Assembly: GCA_051294375.1 (NCBI GenBank)
Contig: CM119270.1
Coordinates: forward strand, 12,021,998 to 12,085,997
Length of the DNA stretch: 64,000 bases
Direction of reading: 5' to 3'
Origin: Paraspadella gotoi
Lineage: Eukaryota > Animalia > Chaetognatha
Shown here: piece after piece, positions 1-12,259 of the stretch
Position numbering within the stretch: position 1 is the stretch's first letter
How the letters are laid out: each line of letters begins with the position of its first letter
The notes under the pieces: model-generated
Told to the model about the DNA's origin: nothing
Seen by the model: only the letters and a program-made list of their open reading frames with translations
Database searches by the model: none
Translations under genes and position numbers: made by a program

Positions 1-578
1 CCTGAAAGTGATTGGATTGGATTGATTTATTGATTTAATTAGTTGATACATTGAATGTTTGATGAAAAATAATCCCCATTTTCCTCACCACACCATATCC
101 GTGGTGAGTTTCACCACGGCGGGATCCTCGCTGTTCAACAGCAGATCGATGATGTAGATGCTCGAGGCTGTAGACACCCATTCCCTCGCGTGGGTGCCGG
201 CGTCCATCCAGAAGGCGGGTTTTCCGAGGGCGGAAGTGCCGATCTGGGGAAAGAAAGAAGGATAGCGGAGAAAGGAAAAGTATCTAAGAAAAGTGTCGCT
301 GTGTCAGAAGCTTTTAACTATCCATCGTTGAGACGACCTTGATCCCTTTCAACGGATTCCCCAGGTAAGAGTTCCCGGCGGAGAATGGAAAGGCTCGTCC
401 GGGATGCTTCTCCACCAACTCGTCCAGCCATTTGTAGATCTCCCACAGTCGAGGATATCTACCGACGATCGTGTCCGTGAGAGAGTAGGTGGCGGCGAGG
501 TTGGATAACTCCTGGCAGGTGGGGTGAGTGAAAACGAAATAAATAAATAAATAAATTAATAAATAAATAAATATAGAT

Positions 579-633
<55 letters not shown>

Positions 634-3600
634 AAAAAGAAAAGAAAATTACTTGAAACTGGATCGCCTCCTGCAAATTCCCGATGACCTCGTCCACCTT
701 CAGCCCTTCTCTCTCCAGTCGCCCGACGACGGCGTCGACGACCGACTCGGCGGCGCGGAACCCAACCTCCGCCTCCACGGCCACGGGTTCCCGCCAAAAG
801 TCGAGGAGGAGAGCTTCGTCAAGGAGTAGGTCCTTTTGAGAGAAGGGGGAATGATAGGGGGTGAGGGGAAGAAGGAGATGAGGGAGGAAGAAGGGAAGGA
901 GGGGAAGGGGCAGAAGCAGGGGGAAGGGAAGAATTGAGAGAAAAATTAAAAGGAAAGGAGGGAGAGGAGGGGCATTTGAAAGGTGGTAGAGAGAGAGAAG
1001 TTGAGGGGAGGAAAGGAATGGAATGGAAGTGGAAATGGAAAATTGAGGAGTCGGAAAAGAGAGAAAGGGAGAGGAATCAGGAGCGGGAGCAAAAGGTGAA
1101 AGTGGGAAATAAATATTGTCTACGAAGTCGTTGGAAAACATTTATGAGTATGAATGGCTTTAAAATAGTGGATCGCTCGGGAGATGGAGGGAGGTTAAGG
1201 TTTGAGAACAAAGAGAGAGAAGCGAAAGACAAAAGCGGAAAGAATCCGAGGACGAAATGGAAACGGATACAAAATACTTTTCGAGCTCAAAATAACAAAA
1301 TGAAACGGAAAACGATTTCGCCGATTCCTGTTTTCGCTGACTCGTCATGACGTCGCCACGCCGCCCAAAACAACGAAATCGATTATGACAATCGACGTTT
1401 TTTCGCGCGAGATGGACGACAACGACGACGACAACTACGACGACCACGATAGGGACCAAGGGACGCCATAGTCGGACCTCAGTTTGCGTGTACGTGTCCC
1501 CGAGAAATCGGGTTCCCGGTCGACCGTTGACTAGTGATCTCTTTTATTTTAACCTCTGCACGAGATTTCTTTAATTTAGCTGTTTAATTGATTTTAAATA
1601 TATTTTGTTAAAAAAACGAATAGTGCTTTAAGGGATTCCGACTTGGCAAACACGAAGACCACAGCTATGAAAACAACGACAACAACAACAATAACAAAAA
1701 AAATATAAACGGTCACAACGACAACAACCAACTACATCCAAAGAGAGCCTCCTCTTGTCCGCACGACAAAGCGACACCAACCCTGACACGCATTCCCTTT
1801 CCCTTTTGTCCGAGCGAATTTCGTCCGTCGCCAGAATCCCGTTTTTACGACTTCAAACTCGATCGGTTCGTGTCGCTACAGTACGGAGCGACCAGAAGTT
1901 ACAGTGGGACCTCATTATCTCAAGACAAGAATTGACGGGAAGACCTCGGTTAATTCGCTAAGACAAAGGATATATTGCGTCGTCGCTGGAAAACGAGTAA
2001 AAGATTGAGACAACGAAATAACCAGTTTTGTTGGATCTGGCGATTTTATTTCGACGCGCTGATATTTATTGCTTATCTCTTCGCCAAAGGATTTGAAAAA
2101 AAAATCACATTCAAGAAAGGAGCTAAAAATAATTATTCAATCATAATACCTCGACCGATGAATTTCAAAACGTAATGACAACGTAATATCTATTTTTACC
2201 CACTTTCGGCGTCAGTTTACGACCGATATCGAATACTAATCAATTTAATTAATTAATTAATGTACGACTAATTTGTTGCGCAAAATTAGTTCCCGGATTC
2301 GGCGAATGTTCGATTTGTGACAAGAAACTTTTTTCAGTTTAGATGGATGACAAAAAACAGTAAAAGATTAGCTATGAAAGGTTACGGTGTGTCATGATCT
2401 GAACCACGTGACGTGAACTCCTCCTGCCACGAGACCAATTAAATGAATGAGTAATTCTATTAAAGAGAGACCGATTTTTATAGTGGGAGATTCGGGTCTA
2501 AATTAATGGTAGCGATAAACGGAAAAAAATATTCTCGCGATAATCCTTAAATTAAAGCTTAATTCAACTTTACAACGTATATAAACTAAAAATAGCAACG
2601 AAAAAAATAAAAGAAAACAAAAAAAAGACGAATAAAAGAAACGAAAAACTAAAACAAACAAATAAGATTAAACAATTAAAATTGAAAAAATACAAAAAAC
2701 AAAAAAACAAAAAAAACAAAAAACAAAAAAACAATAAAAAAAAATCGAAAAAGAAACGCCAACCTCACTTTACTTAAAATCAAATTAAACAATGCTACTC
2801 TGGACATATCTTCTACCTCTCCTTTCCCTCGTCTTTCCTTCCAACCTCCTTTTCCTCCCTTCCGTCAAATCTACTTCCCCCCTCACTCTCCCTCTCCTCT
2901 CCCTCTTCCTCCTTCCCTCCATCCCTCTCTCCTCCGCCAACATCTTCGCGCCCCCGAGCGCCTTCTCCCTCCGAACGACGATGAGTCGCGGCGCCGATAA
3001 ACGGCTGCGGCGCTGGGTTCGCAAAGGCGCCAAGATGCGCGTGGACATCTTCTTGCGCTGGGGGAAGGAGTTGGGGATGCCGGAGGAGGCCGAGAGGTGC
3101 CGTCACGGGAGGGTTCGTGGAAGAACGTTTTTAGGTCAGTAAAAAAGAAATATTAGTATGAAATACTCGTCTCTGCTCAATATAACATTAGGCTCAAACA
3201 TATATTGGTTGTACTAATGTCATAAGATAATTTTAGTAGTTCATTATTAACCTTAAAATTCATCAGCTCCTCCGGGACCAGATTCAGCTGATGAAATCTA
3301 TCGACAGACAGACAACGATTTACAAAAAAACGTGACTCATTCTGTCTCAGCTGTAACTTTGACTCAACGTCTTTTAAATCCTTTACATGACTGAGTAAAG
3401 TGGGAATTATAAAAACATGTCATCATTCTAAATATTGTGTCCACATAATATTTTTTAGACTTTATTTAAATTTACAACTAATAAATAATTTGATTATTCA
3501 TTCCCTCAAGAAAACCCGAACGCGACAGAAACCGAGCCAGTCACTTCTCCCTCGCGCCTCCCTCTCCCGCCACTCGCTCGCCCCTTCCGCTCCTCGGCCA

Positions 3601-4445
3601 GACACGCCCATCTCATCGTCGACTTTTGCCGCTTTCACTGGCGGCGCCGCGACGCCGTGGACGTCTTCGGCGAGGCGGGCGACTTCCGGTCCGACGTCTA
3701 CTCTCTCGGCGTCGTCGGCCTCGCATCGGCGCGCGTCGAGATCGGCGTCGATTTTGACTCCGGCGTCTCGGCCGCCGATCGGCGCAGATTCCGGGAATGT
3801 CGCCAGTTGCCGGAAAAGCTGGAGGAGGCGGCGGCGGTGGTCAAGTGGACGGTGGACGAGATCGTCAAGGATGTGGAAGAGAATGACGACGATGACGACG
3901 ACGACGACAAAGGAGGACTTCTTTCTAACTTCCCTCCGCCCAAACCGGTCGACCCGCCTCTTCCCTCTCCGCCCCTTCCTTCCGACAATGTCTCCGCCTG
4001 CGAGCCTCCATCGCCTCCACGCCCACCCCTGGCCCTCTCGCCCGGACTCAATCCCGACAGCGTCCTCTGCTTCGTCGCCCTACGACCGGACGATCCTCTC
4101 CAGCAGGAATACCTCGAGACTCCGGAGTCTGAACCCATCGTCGGAGACGCTTATCGTTTGGCCGACATCTGCGTCGGCTTCGGAACTAGGCTGCGCGATG
4201 AGAGGGCGGCGGAGAAGAAGGAAGCGGCGACGGATCAGCGGCCGTGGGCGGCGTCTGAGGCTGCGCTGCGCCGGCGAGCGGCGGCGAGATTTGAAACTTC
4301 GGTTAACGTTTTTCGATTCTGCTTTTTGATCTTCACTCTCGCTTTCGCGCCGCTTATTTTCCTCAAGGTAGAGTCGTGGTGAAAGGGAGAGAGAGACAGA
4401 GAGAGAGAGACAGACAGAGAGAGAGAGAGACAGAGAGAGAGAGAA

Positions 4446-4481
<36 letters not shown>

Positions 4482-7400
4482 TCAATAAGATGAAGCTTCC
4501 AACAAAGGGTTGAGGGAAAGTTTACTACAGGAGGACAGCTAAGACAGCTGAAGTTTTAGGTCAGATTGAAGAATACAGGAGGGAAAAGAAAATGAAAGGT
4601 CAAGTCTCAAGGGATGTATATGTACATGCAAATTAAAAACTAAATTCGTTGCGAAAACCAATCTTTTCTCTTGTTTAAGAATATTCATTGAAAATTGTTA
4701 TCATCATTCGCCTCCTCTTCAGGTTTATCCCAGCAGCCAGGAGCTGCGAAGATTTCGTCGGGCAGATCGAATGCGCGTCAACGACGACGACGACGAAAAC
4801 GTGGAGAATCTCGACGAGGAGAGGTGGGTTCGAGTGGAGGCCGGAAAGCTTCGTCAAAATGCAGCGAATCTCGAAGAGAGACTCTCAGGAACGCACTCTA
4901 GTCAAAATAAGGAAGCAACGAGTGGAATAAGTCTTCCAGGAAAAGAAATGGATCCCAACGACGCCCCGATCGACGCCTCTTTGCTGCAAAACGGTGCCGT
5001 TTCAAACGCAAGGTGAGATTCTCGACTACTGTGCTTATTTGCTACGATGTCATTCTCCCATTTTAGTTGATAAAACCATCCGCCACAAATTAGTAAAACA
5101 ATCTTCTTTTATTTAAGGTCCATTATGCGCCCGACTTCAGTTCGTGACGCTACTGACGACGCCGCAGCCGCCGACCTCGCCGCCGATTCCCCCGACGTAC
5201 TTCCCGTACGGCGCCGGGTCCGCACCTCGGCGACTCAACGCGCGCGCAAATCACTTCGCTCTTTTTTTCATTTCGATTTCGAGACGGACGACGACGATGA
5301 TGACGACGATCGCATTTTCGTCGCCATTGACGACCGGGCCCCCTCGGTTTCGCCGTTGGCCTTGCTCTCCGCGGAACCCGCCTTCGGTCATCCTTGCGTC
5401 AACTCGTTCGTCTCGTGGCTCCGACGATGGGCGCTCATCGTTTTGGCGTCCGGTCACGGTCCGTTCTTGATGGCGTACATGGATTCCCACGTGTACCCGG
5501 TGCTCGTGGATACGATGATGGCGTTTCGGTAATCGATTTGTTGCAAATAATCCATTGTTTCTCAAGTTAGGATTTTCTTAAAGCATTAGTTGATAGCAAG
5601 TCTTCATTTAAGTTAGACTTAGCAAATTAATTCGCTTTATAATCCCGAGTATTAATAACTATATCTTATAATACTATCCTCTCCTATTTTTATAATCCTT
5701 TTTCCTTCCCAGCGTCGAACACAACGTGACAGTCTCCGATTTGTCCTACTGGAACTTCTTCGCCTACAACAGATGGAACTGCTTCTTCATGTTCATCTTC
5801 CTCTACTGGAACATCAACGTGGCCGCTCTCGCCGTCCCCGCGGTCACCAAACACTTCGTCGAGTCCTGCTACTATTCCCATCACTTCGGTCTCCATCGCC
5901 TGAACGACGACTTCGTTCCCCATCACCTGGAGAGCCTGGACGGTCTAACTCGTGTAAGTCGCGGCCTGGCGATTCGCCTGGGCCTGCCGTATCGACGAGA
6001 CTTTTGGCGTTTCGTCTGGGGTCGTCTGCGAAAAGATTGGAGCAAAGCGCGAATCTTCATGATCCTGCTCAGTCCGTTTTCGATCTCCGCGGGGCTTTTG
6101 AGCACTCTGCCCATTTTCGCTCTTTTCCCCAATCACCCCTTCGGCGCGGAACTGCCCGGGGGTGGAGGGTGTGGCTCGAGGCTCTCCAACGTCGCGCGAC
6201 GAATCTTCGCTTTCGTCGTTTACCTTTGGAAACTGAGCCTCTTCGTCATCCACGTCTTCCTCCTCTACCTCACCCTCTCCATCTACTTCGAATTCCTCGT
6301 CCACACCCTGACGGCGACCATCCAACACTTCGAACTTACCCTCAACGTCCTCGGAGTCATCGTCGGGTTCTTCACCTTTCTCTGGCGAATCAAATCGCGA
6401 GCGAGGAACAAGTATCTCTCTCTGCAACTCTCGGTGCTGCAGACGGCGAGGGAGATTGACGAAAACGAAGAGGACAACGACCAGGGGTGAGCCAGTCGTT
6501 TTTCTATTTACTGTTTTAAGTTGTTTTTTTATTTTAAATATTATTTATTTATATATATATAAGATCGATATAAAAAAAACGTGGTTCGAAAGAGAGACGA
6601 AAATCTCATAGAATGCGATTTTTTTTAAATTTTGTGATTTTTGTAACTTCTTTACCAAAAAAAGTTTATATTTATATCTACAGAACGACGGGACAACAAA
6701 AACGCCGCGCCCTCGTCCGTTACTGCCCTCAAGGCACTCCCTATATCCCCAAAGCACTCCACAAACTTATCGTCCACGAGATGTGCCATCCGGGGCTGGA
6801 ACGATTCAAATTCGCCCTCAAATTGGCGGGCATGGCGACGCTGGTGTGGTACGTCGACGCCGTCGTCAAAGTGTCCAATTTGGACGGAGAGTTGACGGCC
6901 TTCGGGGCGGCGCAGGCCATCGTCACTCTCGCCGTCGTCGTCGTACCTTCGGTTCTTGCCGGGTTTCGATCCGAGGAGGAGAAGGCTTTCGCCGAGGAGC
7001 AGAGGCGATGCAAAATCAAGGCTTTGATCGGGAAGTTCTTGGAGGAACATCCCGCGGCCGCGAGTACTCCAGTGAGAAAGAGAAATGATAAGGCTGGGCA
7101 TTGATGGGGGGGAAGCTTGTGTTGATATTCGAAAACTAATTATGGGATTCAGTTAATATTTGTTATAATAAATGTAAGTTTCAATTATCACAGAGTTCAG
7201 TTTTAAAAACGCAACAAAAATTTATTCTGGTGGAAGGATGAACGATTTTAGAAAAAACATTCGTTGCTATTGTTTGTAACTTACATGAATTCGTTAACTA
7301 TTTTATCACTAATTCTCAGTTTTTGTAACTTTTACTGTACTTAATAACAAGTTTGATTTGTCTCTCGATTTTTAATTTGATTCCAATATAATTGATCTCG

Positions 7401-7619
7401 GGTGACGATCGATACGGAAAAAAAAAAATTATTCAATAAAGAAACGAAAAGTGCATTGAAAGTTGACTGTTGAAAAACCCAACTGACCTGCAGAACTTGT
7501 AGTTGCCGTTCGTCTTTGGGCGTGACGCTAAATACTTTGTCCCCATCATATTTCACTCGTTTCTCCGGTCGGGCAAGGCACGAGACAATGCCGAACGCGC
7601 AAAGTATAAGTAATCTCAT
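1..7619 (-). CDS. Zinc carboxypeptidase A/B-like preproenzyme (peptidase M14A); 3' part continues beyond the left edge
   Basis: Phase-consistent GT-AG exons 7619-7488, 832-653, 511-338, 243-89, with the next exon starting at base 1. Translation gives a signal peptide (MRLLILCAFGIVSCLA), an M14 propeptide (YDGDKVFSVTPKDERQLQVLQ|DLLLDEALLLDFWREP), then the mature domain (YPRLWEIYKWLDEL...GNSYLGNPLKGIKIG...KPAFWMDAGTHAREW) with the HxxE zinc motif. Confidence 0.92.
2792..7104 (+). CDS. Uncharacterised multi-pass membrane protein (~1031 aa), nested antisense in carboxypeptidase intron 1
   Basis: Six GT-AG exons with matching phases: 2792-3134, 3511-4367, 4723-5012, 5118-5528, 5713-6486, 6684-7104 (3096 nt = 1032 codons). 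Exons are GC-rich and introns AT-rich. Hydrophobic N-terminus plus about 7-8 TM-like segments (e.g. FRFCFLIFTLAFAPLIFL, FFMFIFLYWNINVAALAV, IFAFVVYLWKLSLFVIHVFLLYLTL, VLGVIVGFFTFLW, AIVTLAVVVVPSVLAGF). Confidence 0.85.
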
Positions 7620-8553
7620 GTTAAGGAATCGGTTCAATTTTTAAGACTAATCGGTATCATTACGACCAAGCTAGAAATTCCAACCAGGATTCCGGTATCT
7701 TCATTTTTGATTTGACTAACATATGTTTTTTGATAAAGTCACCAGCCGTTGAAAATACACAAAAAAAAAAAAAAAATAACTCGGAGAGTTTTTAACTACG
7801 TAAATTCTTTTTGAAATTGTGCTAACAATAACAATATCTTTGAATTCGGCTTTCAATATATGTATTTTAAAAATTTTTTATGTCATATTATTGACATTAT
7901 TGTAACAAGGTAAATTCTACGCAAAACGAAAAACCTAAAATATTATAAACTGACAATCAAGCGAACTTTTTCATATAAATAGACAAAACCAGCACTGCAG
8001 TGAAAATGAAGTACTTTTCATTTCTTGATTATGTAAGCGGGTTTTTAGCCTTGAATGTAATATGATCATATGATATCACAGTGTAACACAAATCCCAACA
8101 CATAACAGCATTACTCAATAATCATACAGTATTTCAAAACTTTAAATATAGAACATGAAGGTTGATGAAGAAATTTTTTGTTACGAAGATAAAAAATATA
8201 TATACTGTTTACAATATACATATTTATATATTAATGGTACAAAATTATTTATTACCTGAGGAGCGTTTTTTCAGCTAATGACCATGAAAATTTTTTTTAT
8301 TAGAAAAACTTCTTTTAACGATGTTAATAGATGCAAATAAAAACAAACAAACAATAGAGATTTAAAAAAATAATCATGAAACTTTACCAAGCCTTATTGA
8401 TTTTTATTTCGGCAACGTATTCTTCCCAAATTCTACAGAAGAAAATGATTTTGAATAAATTCTGAGGTAAGGCACTGGAAATGCTCTTTGTATAAAGAGT
8501 AAGTAATATTTTTTTACACTATGATTATTTGGCCTTGACGGGACTTTTGGGCT

Positions 8554-11500
8554 TCAGATCGGCGGCTGTCCATCCGGGTATCTCAGCTGCGGAAGGAGAC
8601 TCCACCTAAATCTGTTTTGACGGCTGCAGCAGTCTGGACGCAGCAACAAACCGCAGCTCAACAGCAGGAACGCCAGACTGCAGCAAACGAAGAGCAAACT
8701 GAAAGGGGGAAGTCTGAAGGCGAATGGAAGGAAATTTGAGATGGAGGGAATGAAGGAGGAGAAGGGTAGGGAAAGGAAGTTTCGACGGGTGGAGGGAAGG
8801 TCGCTGGATGTTCGAGAGAAGCGGCTGCTTTGAGTGAGATTGCTGCAGTGGTTGCGACAAGGACTGTAAAGAAAAAAGTGAGATAATAATGACGATTCAT
8901 AGGTAAATGAAATTGTTAATATTTAAATTACCATAAATCGTGATGAAGCAACAATCTCATAGATGCGACTTGATTATTGTTTTCATCATCGTCGTCGTCG
9001 GCGCCATGATTGTCTTCGATGTCGTTTTGAATTCTATTACTTCGTTGCGATTCTTTTTCTTCTTCCATCGTTATATCTTTTAACACTATCCTCTTCAATT
9101 GATCCATTTCTTCCTCCGCTTGTTCCAAATTTACGCGTAAATGATCCGGAAAAATTTCATCTTTGTTTTCGATCGTCAGATGTTGCAGGAGTTTCTGAAT
9201 CTTTGGAGAAAATGTAAAAAATTAATTAGCTTAAATTTGCAATCATAAGTTAAGACATAACTAGCTATATTTCAGATCAGCGCCTTCTAACCTTTTGTTT
9301 CATCATAGTCGCATCCTCGGCCAGCATTTCCCGATCGTCCCAAGAGAGGTCCGCGCAGTTCGCGAAAGATTCTATTCTTTTTTTCAACAAAAGAGCATCT
9401 TTCTCGACTCCCAAAATTTCACCCCTTTTCTCGAGAAGACGCGAAACCTTCTCAATTCGCTCGTCCAAAGAGGATTCGAGATTGGACATCCCGTCTATGA
9501 GTCGAGAGGCTCGTCGTCGTAAGCGACAGATGTCGAAGCGGGGATTCTCTTCGCCGAATGTCTGTAGAACGTTTAGAGGGAAATGACACTAAATATTACA
9601 TTACTTTTTGTTTTTGAAAAGCAACTAAAAATTTCGGTTGCTCACCTTCAGCTCGGCTTCGATGTTGCCTATTCGTCGAATTCGATCGACGACGTCATCC
9701 CGTCGACCAATCAGCGCTCGAGAAACACGGGCAAAGGCGGTGGGGCGATACTCGAGCGGATTGAGTTCGGAAAGACCGCGCCTGAGATCGTCACAAGAAT
9801 TTTCGAGAGACTGAAGAGCTAGTCGAAGATCCTGAAGGTGTTAAAACATATTCGTATATTTAAAAAATATAATTAAATATTTCTGAGCAATTGTCGTCGT
9901 TGTTCTCACCCTAATCTTCGCCGCTTGGTCCCTCTGAAAAGCAGCGACGGCCATGACGTCTTCCCAGGAGTCGACGAGCCTTTCCATCGCCTCCAACTCT
10001 TCCCTCATCTCGTCGCTGGATGCGAGGCGTCGCCGGAGACCCTTGGCGACGGCGACGAGGCAGGCGGCGTTGGTGGAACACGTCGCCAGGAGGTCATTGT
10101 ACTTGGAGGGACGTTGGACGGAGCCTTCGCCAGAGAAGGCCGTCTTGAAGTGGACGAGAGCTGCTTTGGTTAACTGAGAAAAAAAGAGAGAGGGATGGTG
10201 AAAGGGAAAGAGAATGAGAGAGAGAAATAAAAAGAAAGAGAGAGAAGAAATGAGAAAAAGTAGTGATGAGCACTGAGCATTTTATTTCATTTTTGTTTCA
10301 TTATTCAATTTTAATAATTCTCTCATCTTATTTTTTAATCATTTCCATGTTTACTTATAAAATATACTGACCTGCAATTGACCTCGAGATTCCCTGATGA
10401 CGTGATGCACGTCTTCGACATCAGAATCCGTGTCCAGCGCAGCAGCTCTCCTTGTGCGCAGTGTTCTCCGCTTCTGCGGCGGCGTTTTCGTCGCTCTCAA
10501 AGCCTCCGTCGACGGAGGTCGTTCCCAGTCGCTCTCCAGATCTTCCATGCAGTCGCGATGGAATTCTAAGGTCTTATCGAACTCGCTCTCCAAGAACTTG
10601 TTTGGCGTGGAATGCATCGCCGCGCCCTCTTTCAAAAAGGAGACAAACGCCTCTTGGTGGACGGGCGACGGAGAAACCGACGGGAAAAAGGTTCCCGATT
10701 TCTCTGCGACGGGCTGGGGTAGTTCGGGTTCCTTTAATTGGAAAGGATGGTCGAGGAACGATCGACGCGTCGGCGTCCACATCTCGATCGGTTCGACGCT
10801 TCGAATCCTCTCCACTTCCTTCGGACTTCGCAGAGTCGCGTCGAACGGCTCGTCGAGGATCTCCGTCGGACTCAAGGGCGACGCCAAAGATCCTTTCCTT
10901 CCCTCGCTCCCGAATCCTGTGTCCGAGGATTCAAATTCGCCCTCGGAACTGCTCGTCGCCAGTGACGGCAGAGTCGGCGGCGGCTCTTGCACGTGTGTTG
11001 GAGAATGTCTATTGGCTTCGGTAAAGATCTCTTTATCTGTAGCTTCTCTTTCGCCGGTAGAATCGCCGCCTTCGTCGAATCCCCTGCCACCTCCTTTAAA
11101 CATCCTGTCAACCTCCAATCCCTTCAAACCGGAAGCAAAGGCGCCGACATCTAGCTCCACTTGGTCGACGCATCTTCGCCCCAGATCTTCGAGCAGGACG
11201 ACCCATTCCATCGAGAGTAGGCGCATCTCGTGGCACTTCTTTAGCAGCACGCGCATAGTGGAGAGGAGATCTTCGGGCGAAGGGCCGAAGTCGAAGAATC
11301 GAAGAGCGTGTGGACGATCCATTCCGACATTTGAGTCAATGCTTTGATGGCCGTTATCGTCCTTCGAAAGTTTTTGCACGTTTCCCGAATCTTTTGGAAG
11401 CTTAAAAGATTTTCTCAAGTCTGTCTTCGATCCTCCATTCTTTTCCTCAATCGCTTCTTCGTTCCATTTTAAGTTTTCGATATCCTCTGACTCTTCCTCA

Positions 11501-12212
11501 ACTCCCTCGCGATCCTCTTCCTCATCCTCCATCAAATCCTCCAACGCCTCCTCGATCCTCTTCAGATTCGCCTCTTGCGCCCGAATTTGTGTCTGCAGGG
11601 ATTCCTGCGCCGCGATCTCTGTGCACAAGTCCGTCGATTTCCACGGCGCCGCGACAGTCTCCGTCACGCGAATTGGGCGCAACTTTCTGTCGGGGGAAGA
11701 TCGGAAATTATAACCAATTAACCATGTATTAGAATAAATAATGAGAAAATTATGTATATTTAACTATTTTCGTATTCTTCCCTTTTTTTTAACTTCATAA
11801 TTTATTATCTCTTTCCATTTTTCTTCCTCTTCCTCTCCTCTCCAATATTTTTTTCCTTCAATTTTTCTTTAATCCCTTTTTTCTTTAATTCTTTCTTTTT
11901 ACTTTCACGTCCATCATTTTTTCAATCCTTCATTCAATATTTATTTCATTTCTTCTTTGATTGATTTTGCCTTTTGTTATTATTTTTTTATTTCATTTTT
12001 TTTCATCACCTCCGAAGAGAAGAGAGATGCAGCGCGACGAGGCTCAAGTCTTCGGCGAGCGATTGCAAAGGAGTTCTTGATGAAGAGGAGGCGTCGAGGG
12101 GAGACGCGGGATGAGGAGAGACTTGGAAGCTTCGTCCGTGGTGGCAGCGATGGTGGAGCGGGCCGTCAGGGTCGATTTCGAGCTGAGGAGATGGCAAGGA
12201 CAGAGAGAGAGA

Positions 12213-12259
<47 letters not shown>

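Noticed and set aside
1160-1459. Poly-Val ORF resembling a signal peptide or alternative carboxypeptidase first exon
   Set aside because: It derives from an (ACG)n microsatellite, lacks an in-frame ATG and has no propeptide similarity.
3259-3330. CTGATGA on both strands within a 10-bp inverted repeat, suggesting a hammerhead ribozyme
   Set aside because: No GAAA closes the potential stem II and no stem I/III arrangement is visible; treated as a simple hairpin.
10430-11347. 305-aa plus-strand ORF
   Set aside because: Antisense shadow of the large GC-rich Klarsicht-like exon.
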